From NCBI RefSeq assembly GCF_052425735.1, contig NC_135758.1, forward strand, positions 22,134,001 to 22,198,000: a DNA stretch of 64,000 nucleotides. Direction: 5' to 3'. Made by a program: the position numbers and the translations under genes. The notes under the pieces are model-generated. The model did no database searches. It was given only the letters and a program-made list of their open reading frames with translations, and was not told where the DNA came from. Positions 13,446-26,900 of this stretch are shown here, piece by piece. Numbering within the stretch: the stretch's first letter is position 1; each line of letters opens with the position of its first letter. The DNA comes from Oculina patagonica. Its lineage: Eukaryota.

Positions 13446-16400
13446 CTATTGTTCTTTATTGTTCTCGTCCGCGTGCCAAGGCGTGACATTTGAAGGGATT
13501 TTGTGAGGGCCGCTTATATCGTCAGACATCGTCATTACCAAATCATTAGGTGCTGAAGATGCCTTCTGGACAAAGGCTAGAACAGCATCTAATAAATAAA
13601 AAAATAAACTAAGTTAAAATTTAAACATGAGCCTCACAAAGGCCTAAAAAGGTGTAGAATAAAAAGTATAATGAGAAAAATTGTTTCCTAATTCTGATCG
13701 ATAAAAGACTTTGTGTTACTTTACTGGTTAAAGACTGATTTATCCGAGGATAAATCTTCTAAGTGCTACCTGGAGTTCTATCTCCTGAGTAATCTCCAAG
13801 TGGTTTTCCATCCCTAAAAACTCTAACTGTCGGCAGGAACTTGATATCTAGTTTTTTACAGAGGCTTTTCCCGCTTCCTGCACAGTTCACCTAATGGAGA
13901 AAAACGAGAAATAGTTATAAGCAGCGATCCATTGTCTCTCCATACCGTACTAGATGATCTAATTATAAACGCCCACTCTCAAATAAACGCCTCGTATCTA
14001 ATAAACGCCTCCCCCCGAGGTGTAAAATTTGTAATAGAAACCCCCGTTTGTAATAAACGCCCTTGTCTAATAGAGCCCCCCACCCCCAGAATAGACTCAA
14101 AACTAAGGAAACGCTCCATAGAGTAAAATCACGAATTTTTTTTATGAATTTAGGTAACGTTATCACATACGATCGCTTGAAAGAAGAGTCAGTAACCATA
14201 ACCAGTCTGTCAGAACTATACCCTGAATAACTGTAATAGAAGGGTGTTTTTGAACCCATGACAAAATTACAACGAAAGTCATCCTTATACTGCGTACCTT
14301 TGCAAAAAACATGTTCACTTTCGATGCCTGTGCTTTAGTAGCCACCTCTTCGTAAATAGGCGCAAATTTTCTACAATGGCCACACCTACAATAAAAATTA
14401 TCAAAACTTTGTCAAAAATTAAGTTGCTACAAGAGAGGATTATCCTCTCTTGGTTGCTATCAGTGTTTAGGTTAATCTCGTACCTCGAGTATTCGTTCTT
14501 TACTGCGCAAGCTTGACGAAACGAGCGGCTCTCGAAAGTTCCGTTGCAGGATCGATTTGGATTGGTTTTGACAAGAGAGGTCCTCTCTTGGTTTTGAAAA
14601 CAATAAAATGGCCGGAAGTAAAATACCATGAAGTTTGTTGAGTCATTCTTTTCGGACTTCTAATCAGAACTTTCCAGGGTCGCTCGTTTCCCGACTGCTG
14701 GTCAAGGGGAATGAAGACCTTGGGTACGAGGTTGGTGTTAAGTCTATCGTTTCTAAACGCTTATTTTTAAGGAGATAGAGCGGTGGGGACAACTGATATT
14801 TGCCGGAATGAGCCCGCGGCTCTGGCTAGCTTATTTAGGCTGTTGATTACGCAAAAAAGCAATATATAACAGAATAGAGAAGCCTGACTGAGTTACAAGG
14901 GGAAGAAAAAGATTTCGTGTTCATATGCGCTCTTTTTTAAAAAAAATATTTGGATAGAAATGTTTGGATGCAGAAGACCACACATCCTCGGAGACCTAGG
15001 CTGGGGCAGTTAGTGGGGGTGGGGGAAAGTCTATACGGGCAATCCGTTTCCATCCGAGCTATATTTAATGAAAATTGACTATTATTTTTAATTTTCCTGC
15101 GACACAAATTTATATGAATTTTGGCGGTTCGAAAATCAGTTAAAATCCGTGACACAGTCCCTTTAATTTAACAAAGGCTTTTTAAAATATTAAATTTCCT
15201 TCTATCGGCCCGGGCTTTTAGCTTTTCTTCGAGGCAATATTTTTCTGTTTAAGCCTTTTGTGGAGATTAACCCCAACATTTTCTTTCAAATGCTTTCTAC
15301 TAACTATGCTCTAACTAATGAGCAAAACATCGAAAATTTGAAAATTTTGACCGGATTTTGTTAACAGTGACCACGTACGGCCTCACAATCACTTTGACCA
15401 ATTTAGCCTCTTCTGTGACTCAAAAGTCCGTCGATGCTTGTAACAAAAGCAATTAGACGACAGCAGGACAAGACTTTGAGATCGTAGCCATGACCTGTGA
15501 GGTGATCTTGAGCTGCTATTAAACGGACACTGTCACCAGTTTCACTTCAAAAACTCAAGAGACAAAAGATATATGGAAACTACGAATAGTGGTCCAATTT
15601 TGTTAAAAATCACCATACAAGTGTACTGAAGCGATAAACAAGTGATATTATTGTGATACCATCATGAACTTTAGATCTCAACTTGAGAAAGTCAGGCTGA
15701 ATTTTCAAGTTTTGTCCTTGTGGTGTGGGAAAATACCTAAAAATTATTATGGCTCCCTTCTTCCTTCAACAACAATTTACTTAATATCTCCATCTCGATG
15801 TACTCGGTGCATTTCATGTACAAGAAGACCTATTCGCCAATTTTAGTACTTTTTACCGAAAAGCATTAAAATCCCCATGACAAAGGTCCCTTTAACAGCA
15901 CTTTGGCGATTGACCTGCAAATATCCGTCGTAACTCTGGCGTATCTCTTTGTCCGTTCATGAATTCTTTGTCAAATTTCAATCCTTTTTCATCCTTTGTT
16001 TGGTGCGAAGTTCCCTCAAATGACCGAATTCATTTCCGTCTTTCGAGAATTAAATCTTACTACTGCTTATTTCGCTATTCGACCGTTCCAACGGCGGACA
16101 CCAAAAATGAAAAGGAAATTTAATATTTCAAAAGCCTTTGTTAAAGACCTTACGGAATTGTCGAGTATCTTAACTTTTCTATCCAGTGGAGAATAAGGCA
16201 AAATAAAGAGAAATTAATGACACTCATTTGAACTTTTTGGTTGGACTTTTTCTAAACAATGGAGAACTTGACTTTAAATTAAACATCTGGAAGTTAACTT
16301 AGTGATTTCAAAGGGTTTCGTCCGATTTTCCTTACCCCGAATCAGGTGTCTAAATTATTCCAGTAGCTATTCCAGTAACTATATATGTACAACGTAGAGG

Positions 16401-16591
16401 CTTATGTCGACAAGCTGTTTCAAAAGACGGAAAACTTACCATGGCGCAAAGAAGTCAACTATGGCAAGTTGCGAAACAGTTACATAGCTTTCAAAGGTAT
16501 CATTCGTAAGCTCTTTTACTAGAGATTGTTGTCCTTCCAAAGTTGTCGCTAGACCTGCAAACAATGCGATCGAAACAAGCAAAAATTTCAT
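13446..16591 (-). CDS. Secreted/ER single-thioredoxin-domain PDI-family oxidoreductase (WCGHC), ~167 aa, 4 exons
   Basis: Exons 16591-16440 (signal peptide MKFLLVSIALFAGLA...VDFFAPW), 14385-14298 (CGHCRKFAPIYEEVA...FAK), 13890-13770 (VNCAGSGKSLCKKLDIKFLPTVRVFRDGKPLGDYSGDRTP), 13588-13446 (DAVLAFVQK...NNKEQ*). Phases are consistent (504 nt). The last donor (GTAGCA) is weak. Confidence 0.85.
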
Positions 16592-17497
16592 ATTGTCGGT
16601 GATACGATCCAAGTGAAAATTGAAAGATTTTGTTTGTTGTAACAATGGTTATTGCACTACTGACAGATATTTGTCGAGGAATATCTTATAGATGAAGTGT
16701 GACTGGACCTGTACGACCAGTAGTATTTGTACAATTTACGCTTTGTTTTATTCTTGAAGCCAACGACCACCAGAAATACCCGTATAAGCAAGTTATCGCA
16801 TAATGACAAAAATAAACTTTTTGTTAAGCGCTTACAAGATTAATTGGGCAGTAAGGCTTGTATATGAACCATAGCAAACTGATTATTGTATTTTATTCAT
16901 ACAGTAAAAATTCTTGTTCATCTATGAAAGACTCTGACTGTGACGACTTTTCGGCTCTTTCACTGACTCGCCCCCAGTCTTCTCTTGTAACGAAACAACT
17001 AGGCGCGGAGAATGATGGGAATCCATTGCGTCTTGCGATTTTCTCATACGAGACGCAGCCTAAGAGCGAATGAGCCTCATACAAATCACTGCTTTAGAAT
17101 GTACAGTCAGAGTCGTTCAGGTCGTTTACAATTATCGTTTTTGTATTCCTATGGGTAGTCAGCTCCATGAAACATGATTCCGTCCTTTATCAACCTGCGA
17201 TCAGGCGTTCTGTTTTTGAATCACCGGAGTGATAAGTAAGCAGAAAAGGCGTGATCTCAGGTAAGTGGTCTATAGAAAGTAGGAAAAAACGAAAACGTCC
17301 ATCCCTGTGAGAAACTACAAATAACCAACGAAAGCACTTTTAGTATTCATTTCAGTGCACGGTTTGCTGAAGGTGATAAAATACTATTTTGGCGAAATGT
17401 GTTCTTTGGAAGAAATGGAAGGCTAAGCTCATACAGTTCTTCGACTATTGGATAAAACCTAGCGACTAGTCATGTCTACACTCAAATTTCAACCACG

Positions 17498-17819
17498 TTC
17501 TCGTCTCATAGCCGCTTGTCCCTCTTAGCCGGCGGAGCCTGTGCACGAGAAACAAGGAAACAAGTAGCTCAGCAGAGGACTCATGATTTGATTTGCTGTT
17601 AGTATTGTAACAAAAGGAACAGCCAATCATATGAACCGTTTTTAAATCCCTTTGTTATACGTGAATTTAAAACGATTGATTTGATTGACCAGATTTGAAA
17701 CTGCCGTTGTAAAAAACTAGCCAATCAAATCATTTGTCTCCAGAGACACTTGTTTCTCATGCACAGGCTTCGCCGGCTAAGAGGGACAAGCGGCTCTGGG
17801 AGTCTGGGGACGAGAATGA
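17498..17819. mobile_element. MITE with ~60-bp TIRs
   Basis: AGCCGCTTGTCCCTCTTAGCCGGCGGAGCCTGTGCACGAGAAACAAG (~17510-17556) is mirrored at ~17748-17796. Confidence 0.7.
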
Positions 17820-18234
17820 CTTCAACCAGTGTCCGATTCGAGATGGCAGACCTGCAAAAAGGTCGTGCGTCTTTTTTGCCTCTTCTTACAAATAACATAA
17901 CGAAAGAAATTTCAAAAGTTTATACATGTTGTATGGAAACTCCGATTTGTTTACTACTGTACTGAGAGGACAGAAGAAGGCTATATTTAACCACCTGGGT
18001 CAAATATTTGACTGAAAGCGTGACGTGCCTCACGCGACAGTTACTTTTGTGAATCAAATGTGAATCAAAGTCTTCAGATGTTTGTCTTCCACTTGACTTT
18101 TCATAACCATCCAATCCGGGTGTAGCATTTGATCAGAGGAATTTCATTGTTTTTTACACTTCTCGGAATCCTAAACAATAACATCCCACGGGGGTGTGTT
18201 TTCAATTATCTTGAAACTGCTGCTGCGTTTTGCG

Positions 18235-20415
18235 ATGGAGTCCACTTTGCCGACGCTTGAACAACAACTTACTTGCTCTCTATGTTCGAATACCTACAAG
18301 AAACCAAAGATTCTTGCTTGCTACCATTCATTTTGCTGCGATTGCTTGGAGAAGCATGCATCAGAGAGCCAAAAAGACGGAAAATTCAACTGTCCAGAAT
18401 GTGAAACAGAAGTTCCCATCCCAGATGGAAATCGGTTTGATGATCTACCGACGAGTTTTCATCACTGTCGCCTGTTAAGCTACCTCGCCATTCGCCAGAG
18501 TGAGAAAGGAGATGAGCTGAAATGTGCAAAATGTAACTTGAACAAGGGACCCGAAATCCATTACTGCTTCGAGTGTGGAAGCTTTCTGTGTCGCGAATGT
18601 CTTTTAAAAACCATTTCCAAAGGGCACAGAGCCAAAGCTGTCAGCGACTTTCAAGTCGAAGATTTCGAAGCTATGTTAAATCCAAAGTCGTTTTGCATTG
18701 TCAAGTACCACGAGGGAAAATTGATGGAGTTTTTCTGCCGCGACTGTAAAAGATGCATTTGCCAATCTTGCATCAACACAGAGCACAGGAACCACAACAT
18801 CGACCCACTCGACAAAGTCTGCGATGAAGAGAAATCAGATTTACTGGCGAGCGCTGAGCTAGCTAAAGAGAAACAACGAGCTTTCGAAGAAGTGATCCAG
18901 CAATTTGAACTGGCAGCTTCTGAGCTGGAAGCTAATATTGCAGCCGCAAAGCAAGGGCTTTCTGAAGCAGCTGAGCAGATGATCGCCGCGATTCGAGAGC
19001 GGGCGGAAGAAGCTAATGAAGTCCTGCAAAAGACTCTAGTTTCAAGAACCGAGAACTTGAGCAGTGCAAAACAACAATTGAAATCTGTGGCAAAACAGAT
19101 TCATCAAGCAGCAGAATTCACTAATAACTTGGTGCAAGGAGGGTCAAGCAATGGCATCATGTGGAACAAGGAAGGTTTGGAGCAGCGATTCGAAGAACTC
19201 TGCAAATCGAAAGTACCCTCACTTCCGGGTTATGCGCCCTTCGTTAAATTCTTCCCGACTTGCGAACCTGAGAGCTTAAAGCTGGGATTCATCGTGTGGA
19301 AAACGGCTACTTGCGAGGGACTTAGTCAAACGTTTCAAGCTGGTTTAGAAGCAGAATTAACACTTCGCCTACACACACCAGCTGGGGAAGTGTGGCATAA
19401 GAATCTTCGCGATCAAGTTGAAGTATTCGTGGAACCCACTGAAGAGGTCGCAAGTCTGATAGTTCGTGAAAAAGAAGATGGAAATTTCCAGGTGAAGTTC
19501 ACACCGAAAATCCCTGGCACCTACACCATCGACGTCAAATTAAACACAGTCGCGCTTGAAGAAAGCCCATACACGGTCCAAGTGCAGCAGCGAAGATTTT
19601 CTGTTGTTTTGGTAAGCGAGCTGCACACGTCAAAAGGAGGTCGTGTTAAGCGACCCCGTGGAATTGCTGTAAACAAGCAAGGGGAGATCGCTATAACGGA
19701 TTACGAGGGACACTGTGTTGTCCATTTAGACAATGCTGGAAGGTTCATTAAGAAACTGGGCAGCGAGGGAGAATCTGAGGGACATTTCAAGCATCCTGCT
19801 GACGTCGCATTTCTGAGTGATGACGAGATACTGGTGGTAGATGAATGGAATTATCGAATACAGCAGTTTAACGTGCGCACCGGAAATGCCATGAAGAGCT
19901 TCGGAAGAAAGGGCGCGCGAGACGGAGAGTTTCAGAATCCACTCAGTGTTTGCATCGATGAGACGGGACAGGTGATTGTCTCAGACTGGCTGAACGACAG
20001 AATACAAATATTAACCGCAAACGGCCAGCCAGTGCTCACAGTCGGTACGAGTGGACCACACCAAATCAGCCGTCCACTGAGTTGTACCGCTCACAAAAAC
20101 GAGCTAATCGCAAGTGATGGCGTCGATCACTGCGTAAAAGTTTTTGACAGGTTAGGCCAGTTTCTGTACAAGTTTGGAGGAGAAGGCACTGTTGATGGAT
20201 ACTTTAACAAGCCTTCAGCTGTGTGCGTAGACTGCTTCGGTAATGTTCTCGTATGTGATGCCAACAATGGCCGTGTACAGCAGTTCACCATAGACGGCCG
20301 TTTCACGGGAAAGAGTTCAGGCGTCCTGCAAAGTCCTTCAGGCATTGCTGTTGCTCCAGATGGTCGAATCCTTGTCACTGATGGCGAAGCTGGAAAACGT
20401 TACTGCCTAAGTTAA
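18235..20415 (+). CDS. TRIM-NHL E3 ligase (TRIM71/TRIM2-3-like), intronless CDS, 726 aa
   Basis: RING C3HC4 (CSLC..CYHSFCCDC..CPEC), two B-box-like regions, coiled coil, filamin repeat (DGNFQVKFTPKIPGTYTIDV) and NHL repeats (PRGIAV, PADVAF, PLSVCID, PSAVCVD, PSGIAV). First ATG at 18235. Confidence 0.9.
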   Translation: MESTLPTLEQQLTCSLCSNTYKKPKILACYHSFCCDCLEKHASESQKDGKFNCPECETEVPIPDGNRFDDLPTSFHHCRLLSYLAIRQSEKGDELKCAKCNLNKGPEIHYCFECGSFLCRECLLKTISKGHRAKAVSDFQVEDFEAMLNPKSFCIVKYHEGKLMEFFCRDCKRCICQSCINTEHRNHNIDPLDKVCDEEKSDLLASAELAKEKQRAFEEVIQQFELAASELEANIAAAKQGLSEAAEQMIAAIRERAEEANEVLQKTLVSRTENLSSAKQQLKSVAKQIHQAAEFTNNLVQGGSSNGIMWNKEGLEQRFEELCKSKVPSLPGYAPFVKFFPTCEPESLKLGFIVWKTATCEGLSQTFQAGLEAELTLRLHTPAGEVWHKNLRDQVEVFVEPTEEVASLIVREKEDGNFQVKFTPKIPGTYTIDVKLNTVALEESPYTVQVQQRRFSVVLVSELHTSKGGRVKRPRGIAVNKQGEIAITDYEGHCVVHLDNAGRFIKKLGSEGESEGHFKHPADVAFLSDDEILVVDEWNYRIQQFNVRTGNAMKSFGRKGARDGEFQNPLSVCIDETGQVIVSDWLNDRIQILTANGQPVLTVGTSGPHQISRPLSCTAHKNELIASDGVDHCVKVFDRLGQFLYKFGGEGTVDGYFNKPSAVCVDCFGNVLVCDANNGRVQQFTIDGRFTGKSSGVLQSPSGIAVAPDGRILVTDGEAGKRYCLS

Positions 20416-22773
20416 ACTGTGAGTTTTTTAATACTATACAACAATTTTAGACATGCAAGCCAGTCGGATAGTGAGCAGATTATTTCTATGTTGAGTTCTG
20501 GAGCTAAATTGGGAAATGGGAAATTTGATACTGCGCGTCTGCGCGTCATATGAGGACTAGTCGCCGCGCGCTTTTCAGACACCTCGTTCCAGGGCCAACA
20601 AATCACCAAGAGAAAAGCCCTCGAGGTTGGTTCCAGGGCCTCTCGGCATACAACTGAAATTACTTCATTTTGGGACCATAGATAACAGGTCATAACAATA
20701 CTCTAGTCCGAGAAAACAATAAACGTAAGGTAGTGTTTCCAACGGGCGAATGAAAATAGAGATTTCAAAGAGGTGTAGTTTCTTACTGGAAAATTAAGAT
20801 GGCAGCATTTTCGGACCGATTCTGACACCGTCATCTTTAATGGGACAAATCAAACTAGCATTTACATTAGCTTTAATAAGGAAGAATGTGGTTTTTCTAA
20901 TTATGTTAACGAGGAAAAGGTCTGTAGTTCGTATAGTGTGATCGAGGAAAAGTTCGGTAAACACGGGAAATATACAGATCAAGTGACACAAGCCAATGTA
21001 ATACAACAAGAATGTAGAAACTGTACATACATAATCTGTTGTACTTGAAATTATCAAATGGTATCGCTTGAAAATTAAAGGTCAGTTATCAGTTACGTTG
21101 GTGATAGTTAGGGTTGAATATCAGCATGGATGTATGATACCTTTTCCTTTTATAAACATTCAAGAAAAGGTCAGAATAAAGCAATAAACGGAGACAATAT
21201 TATTCTTGGTAAAGTAGTGGGAAAAAAGGAAAAGAAAAGAAAGAAAAAAGGCTACTCAGTGAGGCCTTTGAAGTTCTAATCTCTTTATTACTGATGACGC
21301 GATGGACTTGTTTGTTGTAAATATTTTTAAAGCAAGAAAAATACAATACAATTTTATTACTCATTAATCAACCATGGTTACGAACTAACTTCGACAAAAT
21401 CTTCAACAAGTTTGACTGCCTTCTCCTTATAATGAGGGCAAAAAGGTTAAGAAAAATTGTTGAAGCTATATTTTCAAGAATAAATTATAGTTTCGTTAAG
21501 AGCAGGTTTCAAATGACTGTCGAATGCAATTATTTGTCTCACATCCTCTGAACGTTGTTATTGGTCAAGAAACACTTGCAGCATTTTATAGCCAATTAGA
21601 GAAAAGATGTAGCTATTACAGAATAGGTTTCCTCGACTTTTCCCGCGCTTTTCACCGGGTTGCAGGCTTGTTTTAACTTCGATGTGATTGGTTTATTTTT
21701 CTAACTGCAGGGCTGTGATTGGTCAGATGCGATTCGGTTTGATTTGAATTGGTTTTTACGACAGACATTGGAAAACTGGTCTTTAAAGCGATTTCTTTTA
21801 TCTTATGTCAAGAAAAACTGAGGAGCTGCACTTAAAACAGCGCCGGACAACTCATACCACAAATAAATAACAAACGGTTGAAGTTAAATACATTATGTTC
21901 CATTTTAGTCATTGATTTAAAATTTCTATTGTTAACGTTCAGTTCTCTGTAAATAGATCTTAATAAAATATAATCTGATTATAAAAGGTTAGTACAATGT
22001 AATTATATTCGATTCGTCGTTACTATATTTAGTCCGGCGTATTACAAGACGCATAAATCGTATTCTTAGAGGGTGCTAACGTAACGTAATAAAATTTAAA
22101 GAAATATATGTCAGAGTTGTGTTCTATCCTTGTGCAATCAATATTTCAGTTATGCTTAATTAAGTTACCATTTTCATATATACATGCAATGATTATTTAT
22201 GAGCACATAGTTTCCTTTCTTACATTTAGGCAGTTTATTTTTTTCGTTCATAAATTTATTTGTTTTGTTATTTATTCTTTCGCTTATTTATATGCATCAG
22301 TGGAATAGTTTATTTGTCTTTTCTTTCGTTCTTTCGTTCGTTCATTCATTCTAAAAATCTCGCTTTAATCAATCAAAAGTTTGGCTTATCACAATAACAT
22401 CACGGTTGCCCTACTCAATTCTAGTTGCTTCTTGCAATATCCTGGCCGAAAAAGGCAAGTAAGCAAAAATTATATTTTCTTTGGTGCCCTGGCGTGAAGA
22501 TAGTATCTTTCCTAATTTAAAAAGACAAAACTTTGTAAACTAAATCAATACTTCACTACTTCACGTAGAAAACATTAATGAACGAGACTGTTACAATGAA
22601 ATCTAAATACTATTAAATTTATGGCGTCAAGTAAACGCTATCTTGTAAACATTCCGTTGTGTTGGATCTATATAAGAAGGTTACGAAAGACTCTGCTATA
22701 ATTACCTTTTTACCGTTTTTACTGCAAATCTGTTTTTGCACAAGAATTTGGTATACGTATAGATGTATTTCTT

Positions 22774-25737
22774 CTAAAAGACTTGTATACGGTTGTTGCT
22801 TAGGTCAGACACAACAATGTATCCGCTGTTGGGCATGATCGCAACGCTTTCTGGGAACGATAGCTGTCCGTCTCCACTGCCTTCGGACCCAGCCTCTTTA
22901 ACGAACTTACCATTCGCGGCCAATATCTGCAAGCGGTGATTCCCCATGTCAGCAATCACAAGATTACCCGCGATATCGATAGCTAACCCACGGGGATGTG
23001 AAAACTGCCCTTCCCCTGTTCCCTGGCATCCAATTTGCCTGAGCGATTTCCCGTTTTTGTCGAACTCTTGGATGCGATGGTTTTTCGAGTCCGACACATA
23101 TATATGGTCATCTTCCGGGTTAACAAGGAGGTAACAAGGAGAGTTAAACTGCCCAGATCGATCGCCGTAAGAACCAATTTTTGACATAAATTTTCCTTCC
23201 GGGGAGAAAATTTGAATTCGGTGATTTTCCATGTCAGCGACTAAAATATCATTCTTCCGGGAAGTTGCGACTCCCCAGGGGGACTTGAAGAAACCGTTAC
23301 CAGTACCCTCACGGCCAAATTTGCCAATGAATGCGCCATTTCGACTGAGGACCTGGATTCTATTGTTGCCGTTGTCGCAAACTATGATTCTTCCCTTGTT
23401 GTCAATGGCGACATCAGTCGGGCAGTTAAACTCTCCCTTGCGCTCCCCGTGGGAACCAAACTGTGAGACATACTCTCCCCGGGGGCCGAAGATTTGGATC
23501 CGATGATTGTAGCTATCGGCTACGTAGATGTAACTCTCGTTGTCAACCGCTACACCGAACGGAGATTTGAACTCGCGCTTTTTGCTGCCGTACTGGCCAA
23601 ATCGATGGAGCGTCGGGCCGACGTCGGCGTATTCTCGGCGGTTGATAACGAGCACCGTGAAAGGGCTGCCCATGATTGGCTTGTCTTGAATGGCGACAGA
23701 TACTTCATGTTTGCCATTCACCTCAGGCATGTAGTACACTGTATAGGTGCCATCCCCTGCAGATTGGGAGAAGAGACAAATCAGTTAGTTTTACATGATA
23801 ACTTGTCACCAGAAACGCCCTGATTTCAAAACTGTTTAGTGTAGTTGCTAATTGTCTCTGTAATGGCGCCAATTTTAGAAAAATACAAACCAATCCCAAA
23901 TTCTAAATGGTTTGCATTTGAATGGCCACAATCCACAGCATTGAAAGTTAGAACCACCTTGTGCAGCACAATAATAAGTACCACATGATAGCACTGCTCA
24001 ATAGCTTTTATTTGAGTGGTCACACACTAGAGGATTTCTTTCTTATACCCTAAACATACCAACAAAACATGTTTAGTTAAACCAGGTTCAACGAAATGAA
24101 AATAAACAACAGAAAAGTGAAAGATTGATTTTTATTTGGGGTTAAATAAAGTTTTTTTTTTTTAATTTAAATTAAAAAAAGTCAGTTAAAAAATTTAATA
24201 ATAAAAAAAATTTTTAAACCGGTTTAAATAAAAAATTTTAATTTTTTTGGTGTGGGAAAGGGGCGACTTATAACTGAGAACCACTTTTAACATAAATAAA
24301 GAGCTCACCCTCGTTCCCAAACAGCTTTGCAGTGGAAGTACAGTTTAACAGCTTCCGCGGCTTCTTATTATACATCCTTCGAACAACTGGCGCCGGTGTG
24401 AATGGTACTAAATACGCAGAGACTTAAACAGATTTTTGTTTTCTCAAGTAATTACCTTCATCTTTGACAGTGGATTGCAGAGGTGTGCCATCAGGTTGAC
24501 GTATATCAACTGTGACTCTGTCTCCTCCTTTGTATCTCTGGCCATGTCGATCCTTAGTGGTCAGCTGAAATGTTGTCTCCATTTTGACACGCGCAGTGTG
24601 AATTCCGTCTCCACTGGCGTATGAGATCGAGGCAAAAGTGCTGCTTGCCCGGATGCGGCCAAGTGACTCGGACACAGTCCTTGTCGTGGCGGGATCATGA
24701 ACGTACTGAATCGTGTCGTCTTCTTCAGGCTCGAATTGGACCTTCAAGTCATTCAAGATCTCCAATCGTCCCTTCATCTGCAGAACTTCCACTTCGTTGC
24801 CGAACGTCAAGACGTTGTCAGCAAACTCACAGCAGCCAGAAAGCTTTCCCAGTTCAAGCTCAATGCTGTCCTTTTGCAAGCCCAGGACCTTCTGCTTAGC
24901 GTCGTGAATTTGATCTAGTTGCCTTAACAGCTCGTTTTGGCCTTCGCGCAGCGCCTCGATTCGCGCCTGCGTATTCTCACTGATTTCCTTTGCAATAGCC
25001 TCTCTGCACTCCGTGAGCCTTTTTGACATTTCCTGAACTTGAGACAGCGTTTTCCTTAGTTCAGGCATGCGCGACTTTGCTTGTTCAAGCAGCTCTGCAA
25101 TAGCACCTCTCCTGGCCGGCAAAGCGTCCTTAGGGTAGACATATTGGTGTTCCCGATGTTCTAAGATTGTGCACACGCGGCATATGGCTTCATCGCACGT
25201 GTTGCAAAAATACTTGATGACATTTCTTGTGTGGTACTTGCAAAACGACAAACTGTACTTATCGAGCTCTTGAGTCTCCTGGCTGTCATCTTCGTTTGTT
25301 GCGATGATCCTGTGGTCGAGCGTGGCATGGGCCCGCTTGTGCTCCGCCACGCAACTCGTGCACAAGTCTTTATTGCAGTCCACGCATCTTGAAGTAGCAA
25401 AATCCGCTGTTTTCATGTTATCGCAGGCGTGGCACTTCTTGTTCTCGCGCATTTCTTTCTTCAGCTCTTCTGATTTCAAGTGAACCAGATCCAGCATTTG
25501 ATTAACAAAGAAGTTGGGCATTAAGTGATCTACACCTTTTTCCGGAAGCGGGGTCTCGGCGCGGCAAGTGGGACAGGTAATCGTTGAAGACGAATCGTTG
25601 TTGGCGATTCTATGCAAACACTGTGAACAGAAGGTGTGAAGACATTGCAGGAACATCGGTGTGGTCAGACGATCAAGACAAATGGCGCACATCAACTGCT
25701 CGTTGATCTGTTCGATAACCTGGATGGCTGACGTCAT
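22774..25737 (-). CDS. TRIM-NHL E3 ligase (TRIM71/lin-41-like), 754 aa, 2 coding exons
   Basis: Exon 25737-24456 (RING, B-box 1, B-box 2, coiled coil, start of filamin repeat) is spliced G|GG to exon 23756-22774 (rest of filamin, six NHL repeats). Kozak GCACCATG; acceptor at 25753 implies an upstream non-coding exon. Confidence 0.92.
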
Positions 25738-26659
25738 GGTGCCTTGTTAACCCTGACAAACAGGATTGACATTGAATAAAAGATGATTTAGTAATTACTC
25801 ATACTGGCTGTGACGTGTTTAAAAAAAGGATTAAGGGACGGACCATTATTTTCTTGGAGGGGTTGTATGAAAAATTTTCCTCTGCAAACTTTTTTTTAGC
25901 TCATACACCTCTGCAAACAATTGTTTTCAAAATGCCAAGAACATTTTGTTTTCCATATCGCGTTTACCGTGCAAACAATTTATTTTGTCTTTCGTGGCCC
26001 TGCAAACAATTTTTTTTTCAATATTTTTCATACCCCACCCCCGTCCAAAAAAAAGGTCCGTCCCTAAACAAGGGAATTAAAGTTCAAATTGCCGCAAAAA
26101 GTGACTTGATTTCCGTCAGTCTCCTTACTTAAATGACATTGTTTGTATTACCATGTAAAGTAGTTTTCTAAACAATATTATAGGAAATTAATGATACACG
26201 CTATTAACGCATTCGCATTAATTATATTTATGTAAATACGTTTACTATAAGCGTCTAACGAGAACTTTTCTTAAAATCGCGTTAATTTTATTACGCGTAA
26301 ATTTTGTTCGCGTTGTGAGGTTAGTGTCGAAAGAAATTCGCGTTTGCTTTGAGTTTGCATTACTACACTTAATGATTGGTTTAGAACACTTGTACCACTT
26401 TCTCAGGCACGTTTTCCAACGCTTCATGCCGGCTAAATGTATTTAGTGGTTACTTTGGTTTTGGTTTTACAACTGACATTCAACACCGAAGAAAATACAT
26501 CTGGCTGATCACAATTAACGAAAAATGGGAACTCAACTTGCCACAAGGCCAAAACAGAGGCTGGCGATTTAGGGCTCTTCAAATCATATATCAGTTAACG
26601 CATATGAAATTGAGGCGTTATTAAGTTAAGAAACCAAGAAACTTTTTCCTTTTGTCGGA

Positions 26660-26900
26660 CGGTCGGTCGGTACGCACACAGATCGTTTAGTAGGTTAGGT
26701 ATTTGGTTGTTTGAGTTATCGGTCGGCTGCTTTGCTGGTCGTTCGGATGGTTGGTTGTTTGACTGATTGGACGCTCGGTTTTATGTAAGGTTGGTTGGTC
26801 TGCTGCTCAGTCCATCGGTCTGTCAGTCAGTTGATCGGTCTGTTAGTTGGTTGTTTCGTTAGTTGGCTGGTTGGTTGTTTGCTTGTTTGGTTGGTTGGTC
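26660..26900. repeat. Degenerate (GGTT/GGTC)n simple repeat
   Basis: Tandem TTGG/TCGG units. Confidence 0.7.

Noticed and set aside
15780-15830. Alternative exon 2 of the thioredoxin gene with in-frame TGA (selenocysteine)
   Set aside because: It does not form CxxU/UxxC; the proper CGHC exon is at 14385-14298.
24130-24260. Homopolymer-rich AT stretch in the TRIM intron
   Set aside because: Low-complexity or possibly low-quality sequence with no interpretable structure.
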